Source: Eutreptiella sp. 'Long Island Sound 2002' (lineage: Eukaryota > Protista > Euglenida). From it: a stretch of 64,000 bases of DNA. The position numbers were made by a program, and so were the translations under genes. The number at the start of each line of letters is the position of its first letter. Within the stretch, counting starts at the first letter, position 1. Location: assembly GCA_964036045.1 (NCBI GenBank), contig OZ038378.1, forward strand, positions 190,650,001-190,714,000, read 5' to 3'. The notes under the pieces are model-generated. The model ran no database searches and had not been told where the DNA came from. It worked only from the letters and a program-made list of their open reading frames with translations. Of the stretch, positions 1 through 12,234 are shown in pieces.

Positions 1-689
1 GGGCAATGAGGGGCGGACAGAAGCGGTTGCCGTGACTGACGGTCCTCCCTGAAAGGGGGGGGGGGGGGCGGGGCGTTGTACGCCTTTGTGCCCAGGCTGG
101 TCGCTGGCCGTTTGTTGTTATGGCTGTTGGTGCTGTTGCTGTTGTTGTTGTTGTTGTGGCTGTTGTGGTTGCTTTTCCATTGCCGTCGTTGCTGCGGCCA
201 TGGGTTCGGGGTTCTTAAACGCCCACTGAAACGTCGCCAGTGCAACACCCGTCAGACACAGTGGGTCTGCCCAAAACCAACCCCCAGGAGGCCATCTGCT
301 GCTGCTGTCCCTGCAGAAATCCGTTCTGAGGTACTTCTTTGAACTCATGAACGTTGAAGGTGTGCACCTCATCAACTCATTTGTGACAAAGTTCGAGTTG
401 GACGCCATCATCGGGGCATTTGAGCATATGCAGGAGTCCTTCCGGTGTGCTGCCTTCCTGCTTTCCCCCTTTGGGAGGGGACCTGCGGTGGCTGCGACTG
501 CTTGTGGGTGAGCACAGATACTGCACTGACTGCTTTGTGCAGGGCCTCAGTGCCCCTGTCAGGACCATGAATTGCCATGGTTGTGTGCCTGTGTGCACGC
601 GTGCGCGCATGTGTGTGCTTGGGTGGTTGCACGTTACACAGGATCCATGGTATTCTTTTGGCTAGGCTAAAGTGAACACGGACTCCTTC

Positions 690-1050
690 ATGGATTTATT
701 GAGGTTTGGTGAAAGGGACAGGGTTTTTCTGCTCGTATGTCTCCAAAAGGGTGGTGTTTAAGGAACCAGTTTCCTTTTTCGTTAAGGAATGCTCTTAAGA
801 GCGGTTTTCCACCGGCGAGACACAGGCCATTGTTGTTGGGCCCCGTGTTGGGGAGCCCCGAGAAGGCAGGGGTTATGTAGCCATTCCACCCACATGTGTG
901 CCCCCGAGAAGGCAGGGATGAAGTAGCCACTTCTGATTTTCTCCCCTTTTTTGGGAAAGCCCGAGAAGCAGGGGCTATGTAGCCATTCCGCCCAATTCTG
1001 GCCCCCCAAGAAGGCAAGGGTGGAGGAGCCACTTCTGATTTTGTCCCATG
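690..1050. repeat. Degenerate minisatellite family B (CCCCGAGAAGGCAGGGG..GTAGCCA.TTCTGATTTT.TCCCC units)
   Basis: The motif ccccgagaaggcaggg recurs several times here and again at 7575-7890, 10535-10615 and 62160-62300. Confidence 0.8.
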
Positions 1051-1563
1051 GTGGTGGGGGTTGTTGCGTGCACTGTGCAAAAAGCGGGCTATTTTGGGGC
1101 TTCTTGTGGCTGCACTAGAACCCCATACTTAGTGATTCTAGTGGGTTTGTGGTTTGAAAACGGGTATTTTGATGGTTCTTTTGCATTCTTTCGCATCCCC
1201 TTTTCAAGTTCACGGCGGCCTTTTTTTGTGATGTTTTGCTGTGGTTTGTGCAGCTAGCAAGAAAGTTCAAACACAAAGGGTGCGCAGGTGGATGCTGTCC
1301 GGGGTCTGATGAACGCCCCCAGCTTTCCCACACCAAGCACCACGTCCTTCAAGGGGGTTGAAGGAATCGTTCGGTAGAGAGGAGCCCCATCGGCAGTAGC
1401 ATGAAGCTCCTTCACATTTTGGTTGGGATGTGCAGGCTTGGCTTACTGAGTTTGAGTGGGTCGGCGGAGTCCCAGTTGGACAATGCCTGGACACAGGAGC
1501 TGCACCCAGTGGGACACAGGTACCATCCTGTGCTGGTGTAAACATGTCCTCAGGTGCCTACAG

Positions 1564-4500
1564 GCTACGCCTGACACTGACCCCAGTGTGTTGGCTCGCT
1601 GGCTTAGGGACACTGCCGTCTGGCGAGCCGTGGGCTACACCTCCTGGCATATGCTCCATGCCCCTCCGTGCCAGAACCTCTGTGCAGACTGGTCATACGA
1701 ATACCCGGTGCTGCGCAACCTGGCCCTGGGAGCTCCGGTACACCTGGGCCCAGAGGGATGGGGTGGAGGTGGGGGTCAACACACTTTCCTGTGGTACTCA
1801 ATGCAAATGATGTTGGTGCAGGATGCAGGGTGCGCAGGCCGGTGCAGCGTCAGTGTGCCGTGCACACCGCTGCTGGACGCATAATCTCCCGTGGCTTGCA
1901 ACCGGGCCCTGATCCGCCGATTCCTTGTTGGCAGAAAGGTGCCTGTGGTCTTTTATTGGCCACTGCTGAGCATCTGTCTTATGCGCTGCTGGTGCGTGCC
2001 CTTGCACCACCATCACACTGCTTTCCATCCGGAGATGTGATTAGTGACCAAAGAGGCAACCCTTCAGCCTGGCCTACCCACCCACTTGAAGGGGGACGGT
2101 GGTTGGGGGATGACCGGCGTCTTGCGACCTTTTGCCAACCGTTGATCAACGTGTGTCAGCCACACAACAAAGGCCTTGCGGCAAAGTGTATATGAGAATA
2201 TTTCGGGCATGGAAGACAGTGGCAACAGACAGGATTTTTTTTTCAAACTATTTCTCAGTATTCGTCGGGCGCACGTGGGTGGGCATAGTGAGGTCACCCT
2301 CCAACCGCCTTCGGTCACCCTCAACCACCGTCGGCTAGCCCTCAACCGCCGTAGGTCACCCTTCAACCGTGCCCCACAGGGCAATGCGTTTGCTCGGCCG
2401 CCAGCACAGTCCACGCATCGCATCCCTTTCAACAACCCTGCGCATGCCAGTGTGCACCGCCATGCCCCCCGGCCCCTTTCGCAGGACTCCGGAGGTCCAG
2501 CAGTCTCTCCATGAAATGGCGGAGGCGATTCGGGACAAGTGCGACGACTTCCCGTGGGAGGCCGACAGTCGGCTCCGAATGCAGGAGTTCCGCATGTGGT
2601 GTGCACTGGTGCCGCATAGGCTGTAGCACAGGAGGACAGGGGGGTCTTTAAGAAGCCTGAATTTTTTTTGTTATGGACCGCCCTTAAGGAACGCCCCCAG
2701 GGACCACCAACCGCTAACTGCCAACCCCTGCCAACCGCCACCAACCGCCAACCGCCAACCTTTGAAGTAGAGATGGTCCCATGACCAGGAAGCGGAGAGC
2801 ATCCCCGTGAGCGTTCGTTTGTGTTGGCGTTACGACCGCTTTCCCTCCCCCCCTTAAGGACCCCCTGCAGGAGGATCCCCCGCCCTAGGCCTTTTCTCTG
2901 CATCATTGCCTACACGCCCTGCACTTGAAAGGGGGGCAGGCGGACGGGGGGGGGGGGGGGGCGAGGGGCATGGCCCCCTTCCCCCCTCCACGTCTTTGCC
3001 GATCCGGAGCTCTTTGGTGATCTGGAACCCGCCGGCGCTGTGTTATTTTCCCCACATCATTTGTGGTGGCGAGCACCCTCCAAAATTTCACCGCTTTGGG
3101 AATCACTGCAGGTGAAGTATGCGGGCGCCGACATAAGAGGGACGCCAAATTGCAGAAGCAGCGCTTCTGAGCAGAGGGATAACTGTCCCAGTCTGACGTG
3201 CCAAAATTTTTTTTCCTTTGTACATTGGGACAAACAATGAAGACAACTGAAACCCAAATCGGACACTGGGGCACAAGGGATGTCATACCCTCCCCCACCA
3301 CCTCGCCAAGGTCTGCATTTGAGGCAGAGGGAGGCTACAGGGGAGCGCTTGTGAAACCGGTCGGCGACGGTTGGGAAAGCGGTTGGAGGCGGCGGTTACA
3401 AAACCATTGCAGCCGCAGTTAAACGAACAAGCAGCAGCCATCCAATGCACGAAATGCAACAAGAAATCTCTCCACCGCCAGCGATAATGTACGGTGCCCA
3501 AATAACATTTCCTCCTTTAGACCCCAGAAGCAACTGGCCAAATAGCGTTCAGGGGTTGATGCGGGTTATGGGGTTATGCGGGCGTTATGGGTTTTTTTTT
3601 GGGGGGGGGGGGGGGGGCATTGCACTGTAAACAATTGGATACAATATTTCAGGAACAGCGTTTCTTGCAGCGTTCCTTGCAGGGCCCCGTCTACCAGACA
3701 CCGCCCATAGAGAATCCTGGGCGGTCCAGCTCTTTCCCTCGGCCCTTACGCCTGTTCGGCAACCGAAAGGGCTGTCGAAAGAATTCCCTGCAAACTCCGA
3801 AGAATGGTCAGCTCCGGGTGGCCACCAACAGCCCGCTGTCCGCCGCTCTGCAGCCCCAGGCTTCTTTTTGTCCCAGGCCTTTGCTGCGGACGCAGTCTGC
3901 GGACGCTGTACAGCAGGCGATGGGGGTGTCTTTTTGGAACAGGGGTTGCCTGCTTGGTGACCCCCCCCCCAACCGTCACTGCACGTCAGAAGAGGGTTTT
4001 CGTCGCTCTTCAAACGGGGCTGCTTTTGCAGCTTCTGGATCCAGTTGTTTTGCCTGGATCAGACAGTGAGTGACTGCCAACGATATTCAGCAGCTGGACA
4101 GTGTCCAGCACACATGATGCGCAGTTCAGGCCTGTGCTTGAAGGGGAAGGGGTCTCAGGGTCTTAGGCGACAATTCCTGGGCGGTTGCAAAAGCGGTTGG
4201 GGAGGTGGTTACAAAAGCGGTTGGGGGCGGTCACCCGCAGTTACGCAGGCAGTTCGGCACACAGACGGTTTGGGTATGGTGTGTGTGTGTGTGGTGGTGG
4301 TGGGGGGTGTCCTCCCCCTTCACCTTTCAATTCCAAGCACAACCCTGTACGCAGATGCCAGCAAGGACTGCTATGCTCCCCGCTGTGCGTTGGCAGTCTT
4401 GGGTAGGACAGTGCCCCCCCTCCCCCCCCCTCTAGAAGTACCAAGCATCATACTCTTTCAGCCGTTATGGCACCCTCCTCCCCCTCATGTACACCACGCT

Positions 4501-4774
4501 CCACCACCAAAAGAGGTGGTTGGGCGGGTCCCAGATCCCGTTTGCCCCCCTCCCCCCCCCAAACCGTCACCAAGCAAAGGCCTGCTTTGCCCTTATGCCT
4601 TTCCACAGTGTCGAGGCCGACCCGCTGCTCCGCAAGGTCTTCCTCGGGGACCCCGGCTCCCCAAAACGCTCGCTCGGTGCCCCGCCGACTCTGGCCGGAC
4701 GCAAGCCCTCGGTCAGAGTCAATCCGCCCAGGCCCTCCAACACCATCCAGCAGTGGGCCATGAGCGTCCACTGA
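1564..4774 (+). CDS. Partial multi-exon gene, unknown product (possible EF-hand-like segment)
   Basis: Candidate exons: 1564-1737 (cag|ATPDTDPSVLARWLRD...LALGAP|gtac), 2485-2598 (cag|TPEVQQSLHEMAEAIRDKCDDFPWEADSRLRMQEFRMW|gtgtgc), ~2989-3111 (VFADPELFGDLEP...WESLQ|gtgaag), 3653-~3925 (cag|EQRFLQRSLQGP...) and terminal 4609-4774 (ccacag|VEADPLLRKVFLG...SVH*). Codons are GC3-rich, but not all phases could be reconciled. Confidence 0.5.
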
Positions 4775-5115
4775 GCACCGCCCTGCGCCGCGCCTGAGGG
4801 GGTGCCAATGCCAACAGCGCTGCTGAGCCGGCCCTGTGCTGTGGGATGCACCCGGGACTTTGATACGCCGCCCACGCAGCCCTGCGAAGTTGGGCCAGTG
4901 GTGTTCCCACCCGTTGCATAGCTGCAGGGGTCTGCTGCCGCTTTCTGGACCAAGAACTGCACGGAGGTTGGGTTTGACGGCAATGGTCTTCGTGGACTCC
5001 AACGTCCAATCAGGACATGAGGGCGCACCCGGTGCGCCCACACTGTGGGGGCTGAGGGTGAAGACCCTGAATTTGCTGCTCCAACATCTCGAAGTTGTTC
5101 CTTGAAATCGCAAAG

Positions 5116-5662
5116 TTACAGTGTCCAGCGGCAAATCAGGACAACCATGCTGAGGCGGCTGAAGACGCAGGACCTCTCCGTGGCGGTGTGCCCGCGCGCA
5201 CCGTGCGGGCACTCCCTCTTGATAGACCTATCACTATTGACTGTTGCCTGCAACCTCCCGTTGAAAAAGGAGTAGTCCCTGTTGACTCCCACCTTCTTCC
5301 AGTGACGTGGGATGCAAGCAACCGTCAAAGAGAGGCAATCAGACTTGTGCCTCAGGGTGGGGCTATCCTGTTGTGGAGAGGAGGGGTGGGGTGGGCCTGA
5401 CGCCCCCCCTAAAATTTTTTCAACCATTTAGCCATTTAGCCCCCCAAAATTGGCAAGCAAAGGCCTGGAGGCAAGCCTCGCACGGTGAAGGCAGCAAATG
5501 CCTCATGAAATGGGACTGCCCTGCATGCCCGCTGCGCATACAAGAGGCAGTTGTGGCTGGCTTCCAAGTATTTTCCCAGTGCGCCCTCAGGCCTCCAGCA
5601 ATGCTGAATTTCAAGGAGCAGCAATCCACACAACTCGATCAAAATCTGATGATATCTTTCTC
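5116..5662 (-). CDS. Possible last two exons of a convergent minus-strand gene, unknown product
   Basis: 5662-5484 (cag|ERYHQILIELCGLLLLEIQHCW...AFAAFT|gtgcga) joins in phase 0 to 5367-5116 (caacag|DSPTLRHKSDC...RWTL*). No family recognised. Confidence 0.33.
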
Positions 5663-6019
5663 CTGTCGCACAGCAATCAGTTGCTTGCATTCTGATGCTG
5701 GCCTCTCTTGAACTGGGTCCCTGGGACCCTTGCTGCCTGCTGTAGTAATCCATTGTATTGCATCTGCTCTGTGGCCTAAAACTCAGGTAGCAGCCCCGCT
5801 TCCTTCCTAATCTCCTAATCCGGCAATGTCGTGGCCCCATGATTCTGGTCCCCGAACCCTCTTGCAGCTCAGTCACTGAACCACAGCAGTACAGCAATTA
5901 GCTGTGCGTTTCGCCAGACTGGCCCAAAGCTCAGTGTCCTTGCGAATGAGCGGCGCGATATTTTTCCTTGTGACGGTGGGCGGGTATAAGCATTCCGCTC
6001 TTTCTGTTACTCTGACGCG

Positions 6020-7340
6020 CAGATTGATTGGTCATGGAGTGGGACCGATCAGTGCATCGGCCCTTACTGCACTGAAGCATCCAGCCTCCCCCCGTACCAT
6101 GACCCTTGATCTGTGTGGTAATCCCATTGGAGACAGAGGTTTGCAGGAGCTTGCTGCACTGAAGGAGGCATCCTCATGTCAGGCCCTGACTCTTGGCTTC
6201 GACTTCAGCTGGAGCCCGTGGTTTGCAGGGGCTTGCTGCGTGGAAAGATGCACCACTGGGCGACCTGAAAATTGCTCTGTGTGTGGGGGGGGGGGGGGGG
6301 GGGTGACATGGACGCCCGCCGAAGGAGGGGGGGGGGGTTGGAGAAATGGGGTTCCGTGTCGGACCCTTTGTTTTGTGTAAGAACGCATGTTGGCGCCGAA
6401 GGCGCAGGAACACAAAATTTGGCCCGAAAAGGTTTTTTCCACCAATAATCCCCCCCCCCCCACATTTGAGTCGTCAACATGATCAGCGCGACGTGGGTAT
6501 CATTTTGAGCCATAGATGCTGGGTTGACCCCACCGGCACGGCAGGTTGGGCACCCCCGCCCTGAACTCCCCCTCCCGTCACGGCGGCCAAGGAGGGGGGG
6601 GGGGGTTGGGGAAATGGGCTTCCGTGCCCCCCCCCCCCCCCGCCTGCAGAGCAATTTTCTTCCCGCCCTGCTTCACACCTTGACACTTCATTTGGCAATA
6701 AAGCAGGAGACGTGGGTGCAGTTGCCCTTGCTGCACTGCAAGAGATGACTTCTCTGCATACACTGACCCTCAACCTTCAGGGTAAGCGAGTGGGTGCAGT
6801 TGGGGCACACGTGCGCCATATGCTCCGCAATTTCGTTGCATTCCTTGGCCCTTAACCTGGCAAAGGACCCAGTCTTCATTTGGGTGCACCCCATCCCCCC
6901 CTTCTTAGTTACTGTCTTGTCGAAGCTACAGCAGGCGTAGGGACTGCAGTAATTTGGGACCTAATTTAATTCGGTACCGAATGGAGTGCAGCCACATAAG
7001 ACATGGGTTTGGTGACAAATTTGCCACTTACATAGAGTCATGGACACTTTTTTTGTGAGTGTTTGCCCACTTGAACCCACATGGCTCTGACTTTGGGTAC
7101 ATTTGTGCATGATATTCCCCTTTCTTCCACCGGCACGTGTGTTTGCGTAAGCTACGGCCTTGTCTAACTGACAATAGGCGTAGGGACCGCATTAATTTGG
7201 GACGTTTGTGTAGCTTAGACACGGGGGGGGGGGGGTCAACTGCTGGGAGACCAAGGTGTGGGGGCTTTGGCAGCGCTGAAGGATGCCCTAGTACTCCAGA
7301 TATTGGAACTTAATCTCACACTGAACCCAGGCCACTACCC
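6020..7340 (+). pseudogene. RNI-like leucine-rich-repeat gene fragments
   Basis: LRR units: TLDLCGNPIGDRGLQELAALKEASSCQALTL (6100-6200), LHTLTLHL/GNKAGDVGAVALAALQEMTSLHTLTLNLQG (6670-6782, frameshifted) and LGDQGVGALAALKDALVLQILELNL (7243-7320). They are separated by repeat insertions. Confidence 0.65.
6895..7235 (+). mobile_element. MITE-like family A, copy 1
   Basis: Shares aagctacagcaggcgtagggac..taatttgggacctaatttaattcggtacc..gtgcagccacataa with 10620-10985 and, reversed, 58911-59235. Confidence 0.7.
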
Positions 7341-7944
7341 ACTTGTATAATTACTTACATGTGCAGATCATTTGTAGCATGACAAAGCCCAAGTGGCCCT
7401 GATCGATGCCAAGAACACCTTTACACAACTAACCTCGCACACTCGCCCCCCACTGTCAACGACGACCCTCAACCAGGCTGTGCTTAAAGTCGGGGACACT
7501 GACCAACGATTTAGGGGGAGTGTTAGCGCGCAGGGCGCACGCAGGGCAACTTTTTGGTGTATTTCCGATCCCTACCCCTTTGGGTGAGGCAGCCAATTCT
7601 GATTTTGTCCCCCTTTGTAGGGGATCCCCGAAAATGCAGGGGTGACATAGCACTTCCGCCCTCTTTTGGGCCCCCGAGAAGGCAGGGGTGAGGCAGCCAC
7701 TTGTGATTTTGTCCCCCTTTGTTTGGGGATACCCGAGAATGTAGGAGTGACGTCGTTTTGGCGGTCATGCGGCAAGCACTAAAATTTACTCAACCCCCCT
7801 CCCTATGTGTGTATACTCGAAATGTTCAGTTTGCATTGGGGAATTTGGGAGTACTCTTCGGGGCCCCCGAGAAGGCAGGGGTGTGGTAGGACTCCGGCGC
7901 TTCTTGACTCGATCCATTTCAGCAAACCCACACGGGTGAAGGTG

Positions 7945-8110
7945 AAGGTGATTCAGATATGCTTTTCTTGTTCAATGTTGTGCATGGATGGTTTGTTGCT
8001 TCATTTGGTAGGCAAGAGGCAGCTATTGGTCTACTCGGGGGCTCCATACGGTAATGGTAAACCTGGGGACTCAATCGGGGAAAGTCATCATAAAAGTAGC
8101 GCACAGGGCA
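7945..8110 (+). repeat. Dispersed ~160-bp repeat C, copy 1
   Basis: Aligns by eye with 11530-11680 (ttcatttgg.aggcaagaggca.ct.ttggtcta.tcggggg...tcatcataaaagtagcgc.cagggcaaaca). Confidence 0.8.
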
Positions 8111-10619
8111 AACACTCCATGTGGACATTTGGACTTATACAACAAGCTTTGTAGGGAAGGTTTGCGGTCCTCTGTGGTCGACTTGGGGGGGCTCCTCTGG
8201 GGGAGGGTAGATCTGGGGTTGAAGCCAGGATAGTAAATGCAAAAGTAGCGTGCCGGGTGCGCGCCAGGCAACATTCCCCCCCCCCCCCCCCATGACACCC
8301 ATGCTGCCTGACAATAGGGGGCACAGAGGATTCGACCACTAAGCGACACGGCAAGGCCTCGGACGACCAGACTTAGTCCTTGGCGGAGGGTCCTTCTGCC
8401 GCCATTCTGGCTTGCCTGCCTACTAAACCCCGTCTGTTCCCTCCTCAACGTGACAGCGGACTGTACCTCAAGGCGCCTGCCCGCTTTACCATGGTGCACT
8501 TGTAGAATTGCCTGTCCACTGGCTCTGAGACAGGTCAAGGCTAACTGAAGAGTTCCCTTAGTAGGCTTAGGACTCGTTCCACCGGCCCACCTTTCTAAAT
8601 CCTGAACTCAGGGCAGGGTTCCAGGGTGGGGGCTCATGTTTCAGCTTTCAGACTCGAACTGTGGCCCTTGATGGTGAACACTGCTGTGGACTGAATGTCT
8701 GTGTCAAAAAAAAACTCAAGAGATCCCTTTCCCAAACTTGAAAAGGCCCCTGCTCTCCTTAACATGACCCCTCTCTCACAGTCGCACACGCGGATGAAGA
8801 CCTGATGTCCTGATGCACAACAGCAGCGTGAGGCGTCCTTGGAATTCCATTACACGAGGATGGATCCTAGCGGATGTCTTTGCGAATATCAATTACTACC
8901 AGCCACTGATATGCCCTCCTGTATGTTGAAAGGCATGGCACTAAAATTCACTGGATGCTCATAACAGCTCCACTGTGCAAATTCCATGAAAGTGCACTGA
9001 TTCAACAGCCCATTGTTTTGGTTTTTGAAAAGGGGGCCCAATAAGGAAAATGCGCATGCTGTCTGCACAGTGCACAGGCACTGTATTGATTTGACTGTAT
9101 TGACCTGTGAACTGTATCACCACAGCCCGCAATTTCGCCAGATTCTGCACATTGGCGATTCCGGATCCGCAATTTGTAGTTTAGGACAAGGAGGGGCAAT
9201 TAGGCTCCTCAGCCAGTTGCTCATCCCTTTGCACCATGTGTGCACAGTGCAGGTGCTCACCCCAGCGCCTTGTGTAATAGTGATACCAGGCTTGTGCTCA
9301 CCACTGTAAATATCGAGGTAATATTCTTTTGCACTCTGGTTGCAAAGTGCGTGAATATTGGAGTTCTGCAACGCTCTGGCAACCTGTTTCTCATGCTCCC
9401 ATCACACTCCAAGCCCGGCTGCTCACCATTGGCAGTTCCCAAGTCTTTGTTCTGACAGCAGTCTACATGTTTCAGAATGTAAGATGAAAACCATGTGGGC
9501 CAGGGATGTGCAGAGGGAATGCGGGCCTAGGTCATGCTCATAAAAGACGTTTCGGCTCGTACCGAAATTCTGCCTGTAAGTGCAGCCCATTTCGGCACAA
9601 GCTGGGGTGGAGTGCTGACGGTGACAGGCCCACAAAGGGTTTAGATTGTGTGTTGAATTGTTTGTTGTGCCTATGGCCTCCTAAAGCACAACTTGGTGGA
9701 AAATACCCCCCCCCCCCAAAAGGGGTGAACCCCGGCTGCAACGGGGAGAAAAAGTCCCCCTGGGGGGGGGTCTGGGTATTATACCAGTAGGAGACCCCCC
9801 CCCCCAACAATCCCCTCTTTTGGGTGAAAAAAGACTCCACCCTTAACCCCCCCCCCCAAAATGGTTAAAAAACCCGCCACCTGGGGAGAAAACATTCCCC
9901 AACCCTGGCATGCCCTAACCATTTTTAAAAAGCAACAAACTCCCCAGGGATGGGGCTGCCCCTGTCACCAATCTGGCTCTGCAATCCTATCGCAGCCCTG
10001 TGTTCCTGTCCCAACCCTGTGTCCACCTGGATCCAGAACCACTTCTCAAACCCCATCCCAGAGTCCATGCCCCAACCACATCTATAAATCTGTATCCAGC
10101 CCGCTCAAATGGCAATTCATCCCATGCTCCAACTGCCTGTCACCCACGCTACCCTCCAACACGCATATAAAGAGCAATGTGAAACAAAGCATGGAGTGTG
10201 GACAATCACATGTGGTTCCGTGACGTTCCATCATCTCTCTTACCCCCATGCCTGAAATGGAAATGGGCAAAGCCCCCCCCTCCCCTGTCACAAAAATACC
10301 CCACCCCCATGGCACAATAAAGGGGGGGACCACGGTTGACCACCATCGCATCACAATACAATCCCTGAAAGCACCCCCCCCCCCCAAGTTGTCCTCAACA
10401 CAGGCAACAACATACACACAGATAGGTGTTGACATTCCATTTTCACATTTTGCAACGATGTTGTACGATGCAACATACGGTCAACTGGCAGCTTGGAGGG
10501 AGCGTCAGCTCGCAGGGCGTACGTAGGGCAAATTTTTGGACCCCTAAGAAGGCAGCAGCTATGTAGCCAATCCGGCAATTTTTGGGCCCCCGAGAAGGCA
10601 AGGGTTAGCCCCCCCCCCC

Positions 10620-10985
10620 CACCCCCCTTTGTCCTAGCTACGCTTTTGTCCAAGCTACAGCAGGCGTAGGGACCATATTAATTTGGGACCTAATTTAATT
10701 CGGTACCAAATGTAGTGCAGCCACATAAAACATAGGTTTGGTGACAAATTTGCCAGCTACATAGGGTCATGGGCACATTTGTTGTGAGTGTCAGCCCATT
10801 TGAACCCACATAGCTCTGCTTTTGGGGATATGTTTGCACCCTATCCCCCCATGCGCTCACTCACGTGTGTGTTGGTAGTCGTATGTGTCGCGCGCAAGCT
10901 ACGCTTTTGTCCAAGCTCAGTAGACATAGGGACCATATTAATTTGCCACTTTTGCGCAGCTAGGACAAGGGGGGGGGGGGGGGCG
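10620..10985 (+). mobile_element. MITE-like family A, copy 2 (best-preserved terminal inverted repeats)
   Basis: Ends ccccc(t)ttgtcctagct ... agctaggacaaggggg are near-perfect inverted repeats. An internal subterminal direct repeat is present and there is no ORF. Confidence 0.75.
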
Positions 10986-11104
10986 GGGGGGATGGGTCCG
11001 ATGGCGCCAACCCAGCGGCCTATGGGTACCACGTTTGCTTCTTCTACATTTTGGTGCATTTGAAGGGGTTAGTGCAATCAAAAGCAGCCTGAAGGCACGT
11101 CTCT

Positions 11105-11490
11105 GCATTCCAACGGCACCCTCCAAACGTTGGAAATCACAGGCTCCGAGTACCAAGCCGCGGGAGCTGCGGTGACAAAAGAACCCCTACGCATTTCGGC
11201 CTGGGTTGTAGGTCCGCAGCAAGCATATAGAGTTGAAATGTACCGTGCGGCCATCAAGACGGCGATAGCATCCAACGGCGGCAAGCAGCACATCGACAAC
11301 ATGACCGTGACCAAATGTGCCGACAAACGACCTACGCACAAGTAATATCATTCCGATGTCCACCACAAGGTATGTGATCACACGCAACACAAGCGAGTCA
11401 TCATGGAGTAGATCCCCGGTAACCGTCAAGAGTCTGAGGTCCACAGTGCATAGGAACGCCACATGGCTACACGGCTACCGGTCCCAGACT
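11105..11490 (+). mobile_element. Decayed RNase H domain of a non-LTR retrotransposon
   Basis: SNGT...AAGAAV...VVGPQQAYRVEMYRAAIKTAIAS...IDNMTV...KRVIME*IPGNR follows the RNase H order DG / (S)YRAE / D / W.GH, with in-frame stops. Confidence 0.6.
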
Positions 11491-11529
11491 GTGATCCCGT
11501 CTGTCCGGGGGATATAGTAGGTTATGGCA

Positions 11530-11680
11530 GTCTTTTCAATGCTGTGCACGGATGGCTTGTTATTTCATTTGGCAGGCAAGAGGCAACTGTTGGTCTATTC
11601 GGGGGCTTCCCAAGGCAACAATAAACTCGGGGACTCAATTTGGGAAACTCATCATAAAAGTAGCGCGCAGGGCAAACATT
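11530..11680 (+). repeat. Dispersed repeat C, copy 2
   Basis: Paralogue of 7945-8110. Confidence 0.8.
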
Positions 11681-12234
11681 GACAAAGGGTTGAGAAAATC
11701 AGTACACGGTTGCACATGTGCACCATGGTGAGCCATGGTCCAGTACCGGTACCAATACCCATGGAAACCATGGGCTACTGGTAAAACGGTGAAACCTTCC
11801 CCAAAAATGCTGCATTTTCCAAAAATAATTGGTGAACCCCGTCTCAAACGGGGGATTGACCATTCTAGGCCTGCATGAGACGTGTGAAAATGTCCCCTAT
11901 CCCGCCTTTGGTGCAAGCACAGCCCGTATAGAGATCCTAGATCAATGTGCTTTGGTAGGTGTGAACCCCCCTCCCTCCCACCTTTGGTGAAAACAGAGAT
12001 ATTTTGTGCAGAGAAAAAAGTCTTCACCTAAATCGGAATTTTTTTTTCTTTTGGGAAGTCTCTCCCCGTTGGGATTTTTTTTCATCTCTGCGCACGGGCA
12101 GCACTTCATGGCGCACGAGCAGCATTTCATTATGCACGCACAACACTTTATTTTGCACGGACATCACTCCATTGTGCACGGGCAGCACTTGTTCGCGCAC
12201 AGGTTTTTTTAGGGTGCGGCCGGTGCTAACCTAG

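Noticed and set aside
118-632. Minus-strand coding fragment ending in poly-Q
   Set aside because: Two frames look equally plausible, there are no clear splice sites, and no family is recognisable.
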